Below, piece by piece: positions 44,475-55,296 of a stretch of 64,000 nt of DNA (positions are counted from its first letter, which is position 1; each line of letters begins with the position of its first letter). A program made the position numbers and the translations under genes. The DNA is from Candidatus Eiseniibacteriota bacterium (GTDB lineage Bacteria > Eisenbacteria > RBG-16-71-46): assembly GCA_005893295.1 (NCBI GenBank), contig VBOY01000031.1, positions 1,730-65,729 on the forward strand. Reading direction: 5' to 3'. A model generated the notes under the pieces. That model saw only the letters and a list, made by a program, of their open reading frames with translations. It did no database searches and had not been told where the DNA came from.

Positions 44475-45511
44475 CGAAGCGACCGGGCCTCGCGGAGCGC
44501 TCGGACCCCACGGGGCCGCGTATCGGCTCCGTCGATCTCATGGTGCGCATCGGTCCCCTCACGCTGCTGAACCCGGTGCTCACGGCGTCGGGCACGTTTG
44601 GTTACGGAGACGAGTACGCCCACGTCGTGGATCTCGGCACCTTGGGCGGCGTCATCACCAAGACCGTGACCGTGAAGCCGCGCCCCGGCAATCCGCCGAC
44701 GCGCATCGCCGAGACGCCGGCGGGCATGCTCAATTCGATCGGGCTCGAGAACGTGGGCCTCGAGCGCTTCCGTCGCGAGAAGCTGCCCAAGCTGCGCGAG
44801 CTCGGAGCGGCCGTGGTAGCCTCGCTCGGGGGAGAGACGCCGCGCGAGCTGGCCCGCCTGATGGAAGCGTTGGGAGACGAGCCAGGAATCGGTGGCTTCG
44901 AGATCAACTTCTCGTGCCCCAACGTCTCCAAGGGCGGCGCGCGCTACTGGGCGGTCCCGCGCCGGCTCGAGCGCACGCTGCTCATGCTGCGCCCGCTGAC
45001 GCGCCGGGCGTTGATCGCCAAGCTGTCGCCCGACGTGACGTCGGTCGCGGACCTGGCCAAGGCCTGCGAGCAGGGGGGAGCGGATGCCGTGACCGCGGTG
45101 AACACGTTCGTCGGCATGTCGGTGGACCTGGACCACGTGCGCAATCGGCTGAATCGCTCGACCGGTGGTCTCTCGGGGCCGGCGATCAAGCCGCTCGCGC
45201 TCGCGCGCTGCTGGGAGGCGGCCGCGGCGGTCGCGATCCCGGTGATTGGATCGGGCGGCATCATGAGCGGGCGCGACGCGCTGGAGTTCATAGGGGTCGG
45301 GGCTGCCGCGGTGCAGGTGGGCACGTTGAGCTTCGTGCGACCGCGCGGCGCCGGCGAGGTGCTGGACGAAATGGTGGCCTGGCTCGTGGAGCGCGGGGTA
45401 CGCAGGCTCGACGATTGGCGCGGCTCGCTGGCGCCGCGCCCCGACGAGGCATGTGCTCCTCGACCCTCGCGCGGCACGCTGGCGGAGCGCCTTCGGCCGA
45501 GAAGGCGATGA
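44471..45511 (+). CDS. pyrD: Dihydroorotate dehydrogenase (family 1B catalytic subunit)
   Basis: TASGTFG, GMLNSIGLEN, EINFSCPNV, AKLSP and GGLSGPAIKP motifs. Confidence 0.95.
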   Translation: MTKRPGLAERSDPTGPRIGSVDLMVRIGPLTLLNPVLTASGTFGYGDEYAHVVDLGTLGGVITKTVTVKPRPGNPPTRIAETPAGMLNSIGLENVGLERFRREKLPKLRELGAAVVASLGGETPRELARLMEALGDEPGIGGFEINFSCPNVSKGGARYWAVPRRLERTLLMLRPLTRRALIAKLSPDVTSVADLAKACEQGGADAVTAVNTFVGMSVDLDHVRNRLNRSTGGLSGPAIKPLALARCWEAAAAVAIPVIGSGGIMSGRDALEFIGVGAAAVQVGTLSFVRPRGAGEVLDEMVAWLVERGVRRLDDWRGSLAPRPDEACAPRPSRGTLAERLRPRRR

Positions 45512-46209
45512 CCGAGATCGCGATCGCCTTCGACGTCCCGGGCCTCGACGACGCGCTGGCCCTCGACGAGCAATTGGGGGCCGGGCCCGAGTACGCGAAG
45601 GTCGGGCTCGAGCTGTTCACCGCCGCCGGCCCCGAGGTGGTGCGCGCGCTGAAGGCCCGCGGGCGGCGGGTGTTCCTCGACCTCAAGCTGCACGACATCC
45701 CGAACACGGTGAAGCGAGCCGCGGCGTCCGCGGCTCGGCTGGGAGCGGACCTGCTCACCGTGCACGCGCTCGGCGGGGCTCCGATGGTGGCGGCTGCGGT
45801 GGAGGGGGCGAGGGGCGGGAACACGCGGGTGGTGGCGGTGACCATCCTCACCAGCTTCGACGCCTTCTCCCTTCCGCCTGGAATGAGCCATCCCTTCCAC
45901 GGCATGATCGTGATCCCTCAGCTCGCCGAGATGGCGATCGGAGCGGGCGCTCACGGTATCGTGTGCGCCGCGCGCGACCTGCCCTTCGTCCAGCAGTTCT
46001 GCCGCAAGCCCCTGTTCGCCGTGACCCCGGGGATTCGGCCCGCGGGGGCTCCGGCGCACGATCAGATTCGTGTCAGCACCGTCACGGAAGCGGTGCAATT
46101 GGGGTCGAGCCTGCTGGTGCTCGGCCGGCCGGTCACCGGCGCCCCCGATCCTGGTGCGGCTCTCGCGGCCGCGCGCGCCGAGCGCGACGCGGCGTTCGCT
46201 CCGGCGTGA
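45508..46209 (+). CDS. pyrF: Orotidine-5'-phosphate decarboxylase
   Basis: KVGLELF, FLDLKLHDIPNTV, VTILTS, TPGIRP and LGRPV motifs. Confidence 0.95.
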   Translation: MTEIAIAFDVPGLDDALALDEQLGAGPEYAKVGLELFTAAGPEVVRALKARGRRVFLDLKLHDIPNTVKRAAASAARLGADLLTVHALGGAPMVAAAVEGARGGNTRVVAVTILTSFDAFSLPPGMSHPFHGMIVIPQLAEMAIGAGAHGIVCAARDLPFVQQFCRKPLFAVTPGIRPAGAPAHDQIRVSTVTEAVQLGSSLLVLGRPVTGAPDPGAALAAARAERDAAFAPA

Positions 46210-46343
46210 GCCGATGCTTCGATCAGGGGCGGGCGCCGTCCACGCTCTGTGGCTGCGCCTCGCGGGGTGGTCCTGTCTGAGGAGTGAGGGCCCAATTCCT
46301 TGCGGATCCTCGAGCTAGCCGACGCGACCGAGGCTCGCTTGGA

Positions 46344-46937
46344 ATGAGCGAGCCGCTGCGGCGTAACACTCCTGGGACGCGCGACGAATCCGACCTGGTA
46401 CGTGCCGCCCAGGCGGGTGACCCGGGAGCGTTCGATGAGATCGTGCGCCGGCATCAGCGGGGGGTCTACCGGATCGCCTATGGGCTCACCCGAAATGCGA
46501 GCGACGCAGACGATCTGGCCCAAGAGGCCTTCGTGCGCGCCTATGGCGCGATCGGGCGGTTTCGCCCCGGCGAGCCGTTGTTCCCTTGGCTGTCACGGAT
46601 CGTCACCAACCTGGCGTTCTCGCTCTTCCGCAGGCGCCGCAGGCGTCCCGAAACGCCGCTCGAGCCGTTGCTCGAGGCGGGCCGGCAGTGGGGCGTCGAG
46701 GACGACCCTGCCGACGCCGTGGCCGCGCGCGAGAGCGGCCGGCACGTGGAGGCCGCGTTCGATACCCTCACGCCCGAACACCAGGCGGTGCTGGTGCTGC
46801 GTGTGGTGGAAGAGATGCCTTACGAGGAGATGGCGGCCGCACTCGGGGTGCCGGTGGGCACCGTGATGTCACGACTGTCGCGCGCGCGCGCCGAGCTCAA
46901 GCGGCGGCTCGCGGCGCGTGTTTCGGAGGAGACGTGA
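46344..46937 (+). CDS. ECF RNA polymerase sigma factor
   Basis: DADDLAQEAF..WLSRI region 2 and YEEMA..VPVGTVMSRLSRAR region 4. Confidence 0.92.
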   Translation: MSEPLRRNTPGTRDESDLVRAAQAGDPGAFDEIVRRHQRGVYRIAYGLTRNASDADDLAQEAFVRAYGAIGRFRPGEPLFPWLSRIVTNLAFSLFRRRRRRPETPLEPLLEAGRQWGVEDDPADAVAARESGRHVEAAFDTLTPEHQAVLVLRVVEEMPYEEMAAALGVPVGTVMSRLSRARAELKRRLAARVSEET

Positions 46938-48417
46938 AGCATCTGAGCGCCGCTGACCTGAGCGCCCGGCTCGATGGCAGGCTCGAGCCGGGCCAGCAAG
47001 CGTCGGTGGATCGCCATCTCGAGGAGTGCGCGGAATGCCGCGAGGCGTTGGCGTCGTGGGCGGCGCAGGATGACGCACACGATCCCGGGGACGCCTATTT
47101 CGAGTCGTTCGCCGCCCGGGTCGAAGATCGGGTCCGTTCGGCGGGCCTGAGCGGCGCCCAATCCCGCCTCGAGGGCGGGGCGTTCGACTGGCTGCGATCG
47201 CCTTCCCGGCTGGCCTGGGTGGGCGCGGTGGCGGCGATCGTGGCGGGCGCCGGGCTCGTGTTCATCTCTTCGCGCGAGGTGGGGCGGCCGGGACTGGATC
47301 GCCAGCTTTCGGGACGCATCGGGCAAGTGGCGCCGCCGTCCGGGCCACCCCCGGCGGGCTCCACGTCCACGCGCGACGAATCGAAGCAAGAGTCCAACGA
47401 TGCGCTCCGCGAGCGAGAGCGCGGCCCGAGCTCGAACCAGGCGCGCCCGGCCCCCGGGCAGACGAGGGGTGCTTCCGGTCCAACGGCGCGCGAGGAAGGC
47501 GCGGTGGCTCCCGCGGGCGAGAAGCTGCGGGACTTGGATGCCATCTGGCGAACGCTCCCGAGCGGCTCCAGCCGGCGCGCCGAAACGTCCAGGGCGAAGA
47601 AGTGCCGCTGCGCAAGGAAGCGTATCGGTTCGCGGGACCGCCCGCTTCGACAGAGACCAAGTCCTCGGAGACAGTACGGGTGAGGAAGCCCGGAGGTGCG
47701 CAGCCGCTCGAGGCGGAGAGCCAGCCTGAAGGTGTGGCGCCGAGCCTGGCGCCGGCCGCGGGGGAGCTGTCATTGTGCGGGCGCGTGCTCGATCCGAAGG
47801 GGCGGCCGGTTGCCGGCGCCCAGATCGCCTTGGCGGACAACGCGCGCACGGCGGTGACGGACGCGAACGGCCACTTCTGTGTGGCCTCTCCCGAGGGCGA
47901 CCACGAGCTTGCGGTGATGGCGGTGGGGTTCCAAAACCAGCGAGCTCCGGTGCGGGTGGCGGGCGAGTCGCCCGAAGTGACCGTCACCTTGCAGCCGGTC
48001 GCCGTGCTGGGTCAGTCCTTCGCCACGCTCAAGCAGCAGCCCCAGGATCGCATGGAACGCCTGGCGGGCGAGGCGGAGAAGGTTGGCGATCCATTCGCGA
48101 GCTTGTCCGGGGATGTGCGAGCCCGGGCGCAGCGCGCTCAGCAACTCACGACCAACGCTGCCAAACGCCGTTCGGCATCGGCGTTCGACGGCGCGGCACG
48201 CGGCTGGGAGGAGCTGCTCGCGCGGGTCGGTCCTGGCCCGGCTCGCACCGCGGCGCGGCTCGCTCTGGCGAACGCGCGCGTCCAGGCGTGGCAGATCGCT
48301 CCGAGCCCGACGCGCGTCCGCGCCGCTCGCACCGCCCTCGCCAGCTACCTCGCCGTGGCGCCCGAGGGGCCGGACCGAGACCGCGCGTTACGCTGGCAGG
48401 AACAGCTCGCGCGATAG
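46934..48417 (+). pseudogene. Zinc-binding anti-sigma factor (zf-HC2) with TM helix and carboxypeptidase-regulatory-like domain; frameshift near 47540
   Basis: HLEECAEC and a TM segment are in the first frame; GRVLDPKGRPVAGAQI..TDANGHF is in a second frame. Confidence 0.65.
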
Positions 48418-48536
48418 ATCGAGCCGCGGCTTCCCCGCCCCTTCGACCAAGGGCGGCGCGTGACCCACGAACGACTCCAGCGGATTGGGCTTCCTGCCGA
48501 TAACGTCTTCCATCCCGGTCGCGAATCGGAGGACCC

Positions 48537-49640
48537 ATGCCGCTCCTGATGTTGGCTTTGCTGGCTCTGGCCGCGCCCGGGGCCGATCGTGCCCTCTACG
48601 ATCGACTGTGCGAGCGCACCGCCGCGGCATACGACAGCGCCCGCGGAGGATTCGTTCAGGACGGCGTGCCGAGCGAAGCCGCGGTCGAGCTGGGCTTGCT
48701 GCGCGGGCGCGAGCCCGGCGTGTCCGAGTGGAGCAAACGGTCCCTGACGACCATCGCCTGGACGCGCGGGCTGCGCGACACCGTGGGCGGAGGCTTCCTG
48801 CATGGCGCGTCGGACGACCCCCGCGGGTCGTGGCCGCTCAAGCGCGCCGATTCGAACTCTCGCCGGCTCGAGAACCTGCTGCTGGCGTGGCGTGTGACGT
48901 CGGAATCTTCCTATCGTGTCGAGGCGGCCCGGGTCGCCGACTACATGGACCGGGTCCTGCTCGATGGGCGGGGCGGCTTCCTCGCTGAACAGACCCAGGC
49001 CGACCTGGTGCCGGACGCCAACGGATATGCCATTCACGCATGGCTGATGTGGGCAGCAGCCTCGCTCGACCTGGGCAAGAGGGACTTCGCGCTGCGCAGC
49101 CTGGACCGCGTCTGGGAGACCTGCTGGATTCCCGACGTGGGGCTGGTGCGGCGCGACGCCTTCGGAGAAGCGAGTCCCCGCGCGGAGCTCTTAGACCAGG
49201 TCGAGATGGGCCGGGCCTTCCTGCTGGCCGCGCGTCTCGTCGGACGCGACAGCGACGCCACGCGCGCACGCACGCTGGGAGACATCGTGCTCGGGCACTT
49301 CGCCGATCCGGAGCGGGGCGGCTTCAGCGCCCAATGGGCGACCACGAAAACGGGAAAGGTCAAGCGAGAGAAACCGCTGGCTGTGGAGAACGCGCGGGCT
49401 GCGCTCTTCCTCTGCGAGCTGAGCACCCTGACCGGCCAAGCGCGCTACCGTGACGGCGCGCGGGGCGCCTGGACGTCGTTCACCAAGCGCTTCCCGAAGA
49501 GTGACCTGGTCGCGGCCGATTGGGCGATTGCCGTGCGGGCCGCGATCGAACCCTCGCTGCCGTCGCGGCCGCAATGGCCGAAGCCGGCCGCACCTGCCCT
49601 GGCCAGGCGCTCGATGACCTTCCACACCGGAAAGCGATAG
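48537..49640 (+). CDS. Secreted YyaL/SPATA20-like (alpha/alpha)6-barrel protein without thioredoxin domain
   Basis: Hydrophobic N-terminus with LRDTVGGGF, GGF, DANGYAI, LLDQV and FADPERGGF segments. Confidence 0.55.
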   Translation: MPLLMLALLALAAPGADRALYDRLCERTAAAYDSARGGFVQDGVPSEAAVELGLLRGREPGVSEWSKRSLTTIAWTRGLRDTVGGGFLHGASDDPRGSWPLKRADSNSRRLENLLLAWRVTSESSYRVEAARVADYMDRVLLDGRGGFLAEQTQADLVPDANGYAIHAWLMWAAASLDLGKRDFALRSLDRVWETCWIPDVGLVRRDAFGEASPRAELLDQVEMGRAFLLAARLVGRDSDATRARTLGDIVLGHFADPERGGFSAQWATTKTGKVKREKPLAVENARAALFLCELSTLTGQARYRDGARGAWTSFTKRFPKSDLVAADWAIAVRAAIEPSLPSRPQWPKPAAPALARRSMTFHTGKR

Positions 49641-49788
49641 CACTTCGCCGGACCCAGCACCGCACCGGAACCGTCCATGCGCCTCTCAGGGGGCTGAGCG
49701 GCTCGGCCCTCCAGGTGCCCCGGTGCGGGCGGCGGTGGCTCGAACCGTCTTGCTACCACGGAGCGCGCCGTGACACCCTGATGTCTCC

Positions 49789-50716
49789 ATGCTCCAAGAT
49801 GAATCTGGCGCCCCGGCCGCCATATCGGCCCATGGTCCCACATCCGATCCCGCCTGCCCCGCCTGCCTCTCCCGTTCGGTCGTGCATGTCGGGGAGGCGC
49901 ACCATCTCTCGCTCTGGCGCTGCAGGTCCTGCCGCGTCGTCTTCACGCATCCCCAGCCCCGCCAAAGATTGCGAGAGAAGTACCTTCGAGAATACGACCT
50001 GGCGACCTACTTCGAGTCGTTGGAGCTGCGGAGGCGCGTGCTCTACGAACGGCGACTCGCATGGCTTCCCAAGCCAGTTTCGGGGCGCGATCGCCTGTGC
50101 GACGTCGGTTGCGCGGACGGTCAGTTTCTGGACTCGCTGCGGAGCTCGCCCCTTCGGCCTGGAGCTCAGTCCCCGCGCCGCAGAGAAGGCGCGATCTCGA
50201 GGCGTGGAGATCGCTCTCGGCGGGCTGGAGGAGCTCGACGAGCTTCCTTGGGGAACCTTCGACCTCGTGACCAGCTGGGAAGTGTTCGAGCACACTCCCG
50301 ACCCGCGGCCGTTCGGCGAGCGCCTCGTTCGGCTCTTGTCGCGGAATGGCGTGCTGGCCCGCAGCGTCCCCAACTACGACAGCCTCGCGCGGCGCGTGTT
50401 CGGAATGAAATGGTCGCTGCTGAGCGAGGATCATTTCACGTATTGGACCTCGCACGCGCTTCGCTGCCTGTTGGAATCACAGGGGCTCGAGCTCGAACAG
50501 GTCCACACGATGGGCTTGGGACTTGATTTCGTGTCGTTCGTGGATCGTGGGCGGACCCAGGACGCGCCGGCTCCTCGATGGGACGCCTCCCCAGCCACGG
50601 AGCGACAGCCCTGGGACGTCAACCCCCTGGCCCTCGCGGTCGAGGATCTCGTGAACGGAATGTTCCGTCTCACCGGCGGGGGCGTCGATTTGGCGGCCGC
50701 CTTCCGCAAACCCTGA
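49789..50716 (+). pseudogene. Class I SAM-dependent methyltransferase with N-terminal CxxC pairs; frameshift near 50145
   Basis: CPAC..CRSC..DVGCADG is in one frame; GLELS..FDLVTSWEVFEH..SVPN..H is in another. Confidence 0.75.
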
Positions 50717-50776
50717 TCGGCCGTTTACTGAGCCTTCGCACCGCGGTCCCGCGCTCGATGGCCTTCCCAGGAAGGG

Positions 50777-51767
50777 CTAGCCAGCCGGGGCTACGCCCTC
50801 GGATCCCGGTTCGGGACGTTCGCACGGGGCCGGGACGAGGTCAGCCATGCACCTCGAGACCGCGAGCCCTCGCCGGCTCTTCTCGGCAATGAGATCCAGT
50901 ACGTGCTCCAGTCGCGCCATGCGCTTCTGCGTATCGACGCCAAGGTTGTGAGGGTGCCACCACAAATGGAACACCTCGTCGGGACTCGTGAAGGTGAGCT
51001 CGCGCCGAATGCGCGCGAGGTGGAGGCCCCAGGCCGCGTCTGTGAGGTCCGTTCGCAAGAACAAGCTCGCGCGCGTCATGCACCCATCCAGGGCGCAGGC
51101 GCGGCGCACCAAAGGATCCACGGCGTCCAGCCACCGGAGCGCCCGGGCGACGACGTGTTGGCTCGTGGCTGGGGTCTTCCTGTGGTACCAAGGCGTCTCG
51201 TTGCCTCGCCAGATACGAATCCCGCAATCGTGTACGACGGACGTGAATGCGGTCTGGTTCCTGGGGAACGACCGCCTCCAGATCTCCCTTCACGTCCGCG
51301 GCAGTCACGCCAGCCTCATCCATCGGAATGTGGGAGAACGTGTGCGTGCCCAGCTCTTGGCCAGGTGTGTCATGGATGCTCTGCACGAGATCGGGGGCGA
51401 AGTAGAGCTTGCCGGCGGGGTCCAGCTCCGCGTAGAGCGGGCTCACCGCGAGCTGCCGATTCGCGTACCTCGGGGAGAGCGGGGCACGGCGGAAGTATTC
51501 GTCCCAGTTCTTGCATGCCAGCCCACCGACCGTCGCCCACGTGGCGCGAATCACTCGTTCTGCGAACAGCTTGAGGAGTGCGGGGACGACGGTCCGTTCC
51601 GCCTCGAGGTTCTCGCGATACGCATCCATTTGGTACCTGAGTCTGTGATGCACGCCCCAGCGCATCTCGAAGTCCAGCGAGATCACGATGCTGGGCAGGT
51701 CCCCTCGCCCGGGCACCGCCGGGGCGTGAGCCACGCTGGTGACGACGTGGGCGGGCTGGGTGGTCAT
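50777..51767 (-). pseudogene. Polysaccharide deacetylase family protein; deletion/frameshift near 51270
   Basis: ISLDFEMRWG, ATWATVG and ELGTHTFSH, then a frame switch to FPRNQ..FHLWWHPHN. Confidence 0.75.
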
Positions 51768-52370
51768 TTGCGTGCGATCAGGCACCCTTCGTGGGGATGG
51801 CGATAGGAACATGAGATTGGACAGCACACGGATCGGGAACAGCACGGGGCGAGGTGCAAATGACGTTGTCAAGAGATCGAACGCGGTGTGCAAACGGTTG
51901 CCCTGAGCGTACACGCTGGTCGACGAGAAGCCGCGGAACAGCTCGATCAGCCCCCGTCGCGTGGGCCGCCAATAATCGTGATGATCGTGGAAGAGGAAGG
52001 GGACCGTGATGACCGCCATGCCACCGCTTTTGAGAACGCGGTGGAGCTCCCCGGCGAATCGAACCGGGTCCGCGACGTATTCCAGGACCTCGGTAGCAAG
52101 GACACAGTCGAAGCCTCCGTCATGGAACGGTAGGGCCGCACCATCACCGACGACATCCGGGTCCCGACGGCCCCGCGTAATGTCGAGCGCGACGTACCTG
52201 TGGACTCCGTTGAAGAGCCCCCGATAAGGGTCTTCCCCGGCGCCGACGACCAGCACCGACGTGACGCCCCCGAAGTCGATGCAGCGCAGGGAGCGCCGAA
52301 TCAGCACATTTCGCGCGGTCGGAAATACCCTGTGGAGGGCGCCTCGAAGGCGACCCCCATCGGTCGGCAT
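51768..52370 (-). CDS. Class I SAM-dependent methyltransferase (type 11), running in frame into the deacetylase
   Basis: VVGAG, ALPF..FDCVLATEVLEY, RVLKSGG and DYWR motifs; no stop codon before the deacetylase ATG. Confidence 0.7.
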
Positions 52371-52873
52371 GGTGCTTCCCATCTCGGCCCCGCAATGAAA
52401 TGAGTCTATCGAAGATTTGGGAGCGACGATCGCCGAGTCTGTGGGCCGTGGAGGGAAGAAGATGGCCCCACAGCCCCAGAGCATGCTTGGCGCGATGATG
52501 AATCGCACCCTGCCAGCCGCGTCCGCGGCCATCGTCTGCAGCCTTACTTCAGCGCCTTTACCTCATCCTCTGATGGGCGAGATCAGATCGACACCGCCTT
52601 GGAACAGACCCGGTCACAGGCGGTGCCGCGTGAGCGAAGCGGACGAGAACGACGAAAAAGATAGGGTCTTTCCCGGGGTTTTGCCAGGGGAGACTGTCGG
52701 TAGGAGACCCGAGTCGCCTCGGCCCAAGCGTGAGCGGCGGCCCACCGGGACACCATGGGCGCGGTAGGCCCGAAGACACCCCGCGCGCGCCTTTTGGCCG
52801 GGGCAAGCCCCGACGGTGGCCCACTCGACCGAATCGGCTCTGGGACGGCAGGGGTTTGCACCCCCGCGTCGTG

Positions 52874-54139
52874 CTACAGGGTTCGATACAAGTCGGCGAG
52901 CTGGGGCACGAAGAGCTCGGTGGCGAATCGGTCTGCCGACCAGCGACTGAACGCCATCCGCTCCTCGGCCGTGAAGTCTCGCAGGCAAAAGGATCGGATC
53001 TTCTCCGTCATGGTGCTCAGGTCCGACACGTCGGGCAGGACACAGGCGAGCGCCGAGTCTCGCACTTGTGCGGAGAAGTCGCCGATGCCCTCGGTGGTGA
53101 GGATCGGGAGCCCCGAGAGGGCGTACTCGGCGAACTTGCCCGGAGAGGCGACCTCGTTCATGACGTGACGCTCCCGCAACAAGAGCCCCAGGTCACTGGC
53201 GCAGAGGTAGTCCACTACGTCCATATGTTGGCACGAGTGGAAGCGGTGGTCCTCTCTCGATACTCCTGCGCGTTCCAATTCTCCCTCGATGTAGCGTCGA
53301 TCTCCTTCCGGCGTGAGGATCAGGAATTGAGCCGAGGGTCGATAGCGCTTGATCAGCACGAAGGCTTCCACCAGCTTGGCGGGGACCTGCCAGGGTCCCC
53401 GCAAGTTCCCGCTGTAGATGACCAGGAACCGGTCCCCGATGGCCAACTCCGTCCGGATCCGCTGCCGCTTGGCGGGATCGAAGTAAAACTCCTTGCGGCT
53501 CGCAGAGGTGGGAAACACCCAAAGCCTTCGAGCCTGGTCGTCGGTCAAGTGGTGGCGCTGGGTGAGTAGCTGCTTCAGGTTGTGCGAAACGCAGATCACC
53601 GCATCGCTGTGACGAATCATTCTGTGCTGCTCACGCGAAAAGAACCACTCTTGCAGGCGCCGCCCGATCGTCTCGAGCGGAGAGGGCCGAATCGCTCGTG
53701 AGCGTTCGTAGCCGATCTCGGTGGGCCGGTCTCCCTCCAACTCTGAAATGACGCGCAGGTCAGGCCACCAGCGCTTGATGGCGAGGGCCAGGCGGGCCAT
53801 CGCCAGCTGGCGGGCATGCACGAGCACGCGGCGGCGAGGGCCGCGCGGCCCCAGAATCCTGGCCAGGAAGGGAATCGACAGGCCGGGAAAGAGACTCCAG
53901 ACGGGAACGTAATGCACGCCCGCGGGCACCTGATCGCGGAGCGCCGCGATGGGATTGGGCCCGACGAAATGGCGGTTGCTCCATGCCCGTAGGGTGGCGA
54001 AGGGACTGAGGGAGACGCGGAGCCGGGGAACGAGGACGATCGGGAGCCCCTCTTCGCCGAGTCGCTGGATGAGGTCGACGTACTGCCCGGTGTGGAGCGG
54101 ATCGCCTCCCAAGTAGTAGTAGGAGCTTTCGATGTCCAT
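52874..54139 (-). CDS. Glycosyltransferase, GT-B fold (GT4-like)
   Basis: SDAVICVS, IYSGN..WQ and DLGLLLR..NEVASPGKFAEY..GLP motifs. Confidence 0.82.
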   Translation of the reverse strand: MDIESSYYYLGGDPLHTGQYVDLIQRLGEEGLPIVLVPRLRVSLSPFATLRAWSNRHFVGPNPIAALRDQVPAGVHYVPVWSLFPGLSIPFLARILGPRGPRRRVLVHARQLAMARLALAIKRWWPDLRVISELEGDRPTEIGYERSRAIRPSPLETIGRRLQEWFFSREQHRMIRHSDAVICVSHNLKQLLTQRHHLTDDQARRLWVFPTSASRKEFYFDPAKRQRIRTELAIGDRFLVIYSGNLRGPWQVPAKLVEAFVLIKRYRPSAQFLILTPEGDRRYIEGELERAGVSREDHRFHSCQHMDVVDYLCASDLGLLLRERHVMNEVASPGKFAEYALSGLPILTTEGIGDFSAQVRDSALACVLPDVSDLSTMTEKIRSFCLRDFTAEERMAFSRWSADRFATELFVPQLADLYRTL

Positions 54140-54150
54140 TCGCGTGTCTA

Positions 54151-54735
54151 CATGCCTTCGCCTGATTCGGCAAAGTTGAGGTCAAGCATAGGTAATGACT
54201 TGAGCGAGATCGAACCGCGTGGCGAGGACCGGTTGTACGGCGCGCAACACCGCCGGCCGCGGCCGTCCCCAACGCACCAGCAGCCGCCGCAGGATCTTCC
54301 ACAGGTGACCGACAGCGCGGCGTCCAGCACCTGGCCGATCGCTCGGGCAAGCAGCTCGAGTGCCCGCGCGCCGTCGTCCACCGCGGGCCGTTCGTTCTTG
54401 GTTCGACCGTCCCTCAGTGCGGCCTCCCCGTGAGACGCGAAACGCGCTACGATGCGCACCGCAGTCGAGGGTACGCAGCCGAGCTCACGCGCAGCAACGT
54501 TGCGCGTCATGCCGGCCGCCACCTTCAGCAGCTCGCGGCAGCGCACTCGAACTCCGGCATCCCGCGTCTTGGGGTCCAGCCGCCGAGACCACAGGAGGGT
54601 CCGTCTGAGTCGAAGCCTCATCGTGAGCCTCTTTGTCCCTTGGCGTTGTTCAGGAGCTGCACTCAAGGGATACAAGGGAGGTCTCACGTTTTTCAAGGCC
54701 TTATGCCCACTAATTCCGAATCAGGCGAAGGCACT
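54151..54735 (-). mobile_element. Internally deleted IS630-like element (585 bp)
   Basis: Perfect 18-bp inverted repeats TGCCTTCGCCTGATTCGG (54153-54170 and 54716-54733), flanked by TA on both sides; contains the N-terminal HTH (AARELGC..RF...GEAALRD) but no DDE domain. Confidence 0.8.
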
Positions 54736-54747
54736 TAAGAGGAGATC

Positions 54748-55296
54748 GTGGCGAGACTCGGGGAGTCACTCCGCCGCGAGAAGGACCAGCCCGACCGCGA
54801 GGCGGCACCTCTTGAGGCCGAGGAACGTTCGCTGGTCGCCGCATTGAAAGACCTCGAGCAGCTTGCGCACGCGATCGGCGATCCGAAACGCGCCACCTTC
54901 ACGCTCATGTGCCACGGCTGGCAGAAGACGTACCGCTTCGTGGATTCCCGTGGGAAAGCTCCGCCGCTACGCTACGACGACCCTCTGCACGAGGTCACGC
55001 GGCAGGAGCGTCGTTCGCTTCTGGTTGTCCGCTTCATCGCCCTGCTGATCTCAAGAGCCGGGCTCCTACTGGCCAAGATCGAGGGGTTCGGCCTGGAGTT
55101 CCCTGCACTTGATCCGAGATGGCTGCTGTCCTCATGCTCGATTCTACGTGAGTTACGCGACTTGTCGTCGGAGGAATTCGCGCGCCTTCGCGTGAGAGCG
55201 CGAGAGCGCATCGCGGACCATTCGACTCTCGGCCGCCCGCTCGCGGAACATGAGGCGCTCTACGAAGCGGCAGGCGGCGGGTCGGCCGCGGAATGA
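54748..55296 (+). pseudogene. Degenerate glycosyltransferase remnant
   Basis: Fragments EGFG and GVPC (shifted frame), and a GT4-like last helix RARERIADH..HEALYE; its stop overlaps the next ATG. Confidence 0.45.

Noticed and set aside
52383..52870. Low-coding stretch with short hairpins and a possible glycosyltransferase trace
   Set aside because: Too degenerate to assign; no terminal repeats or convincing RNA fold seen.
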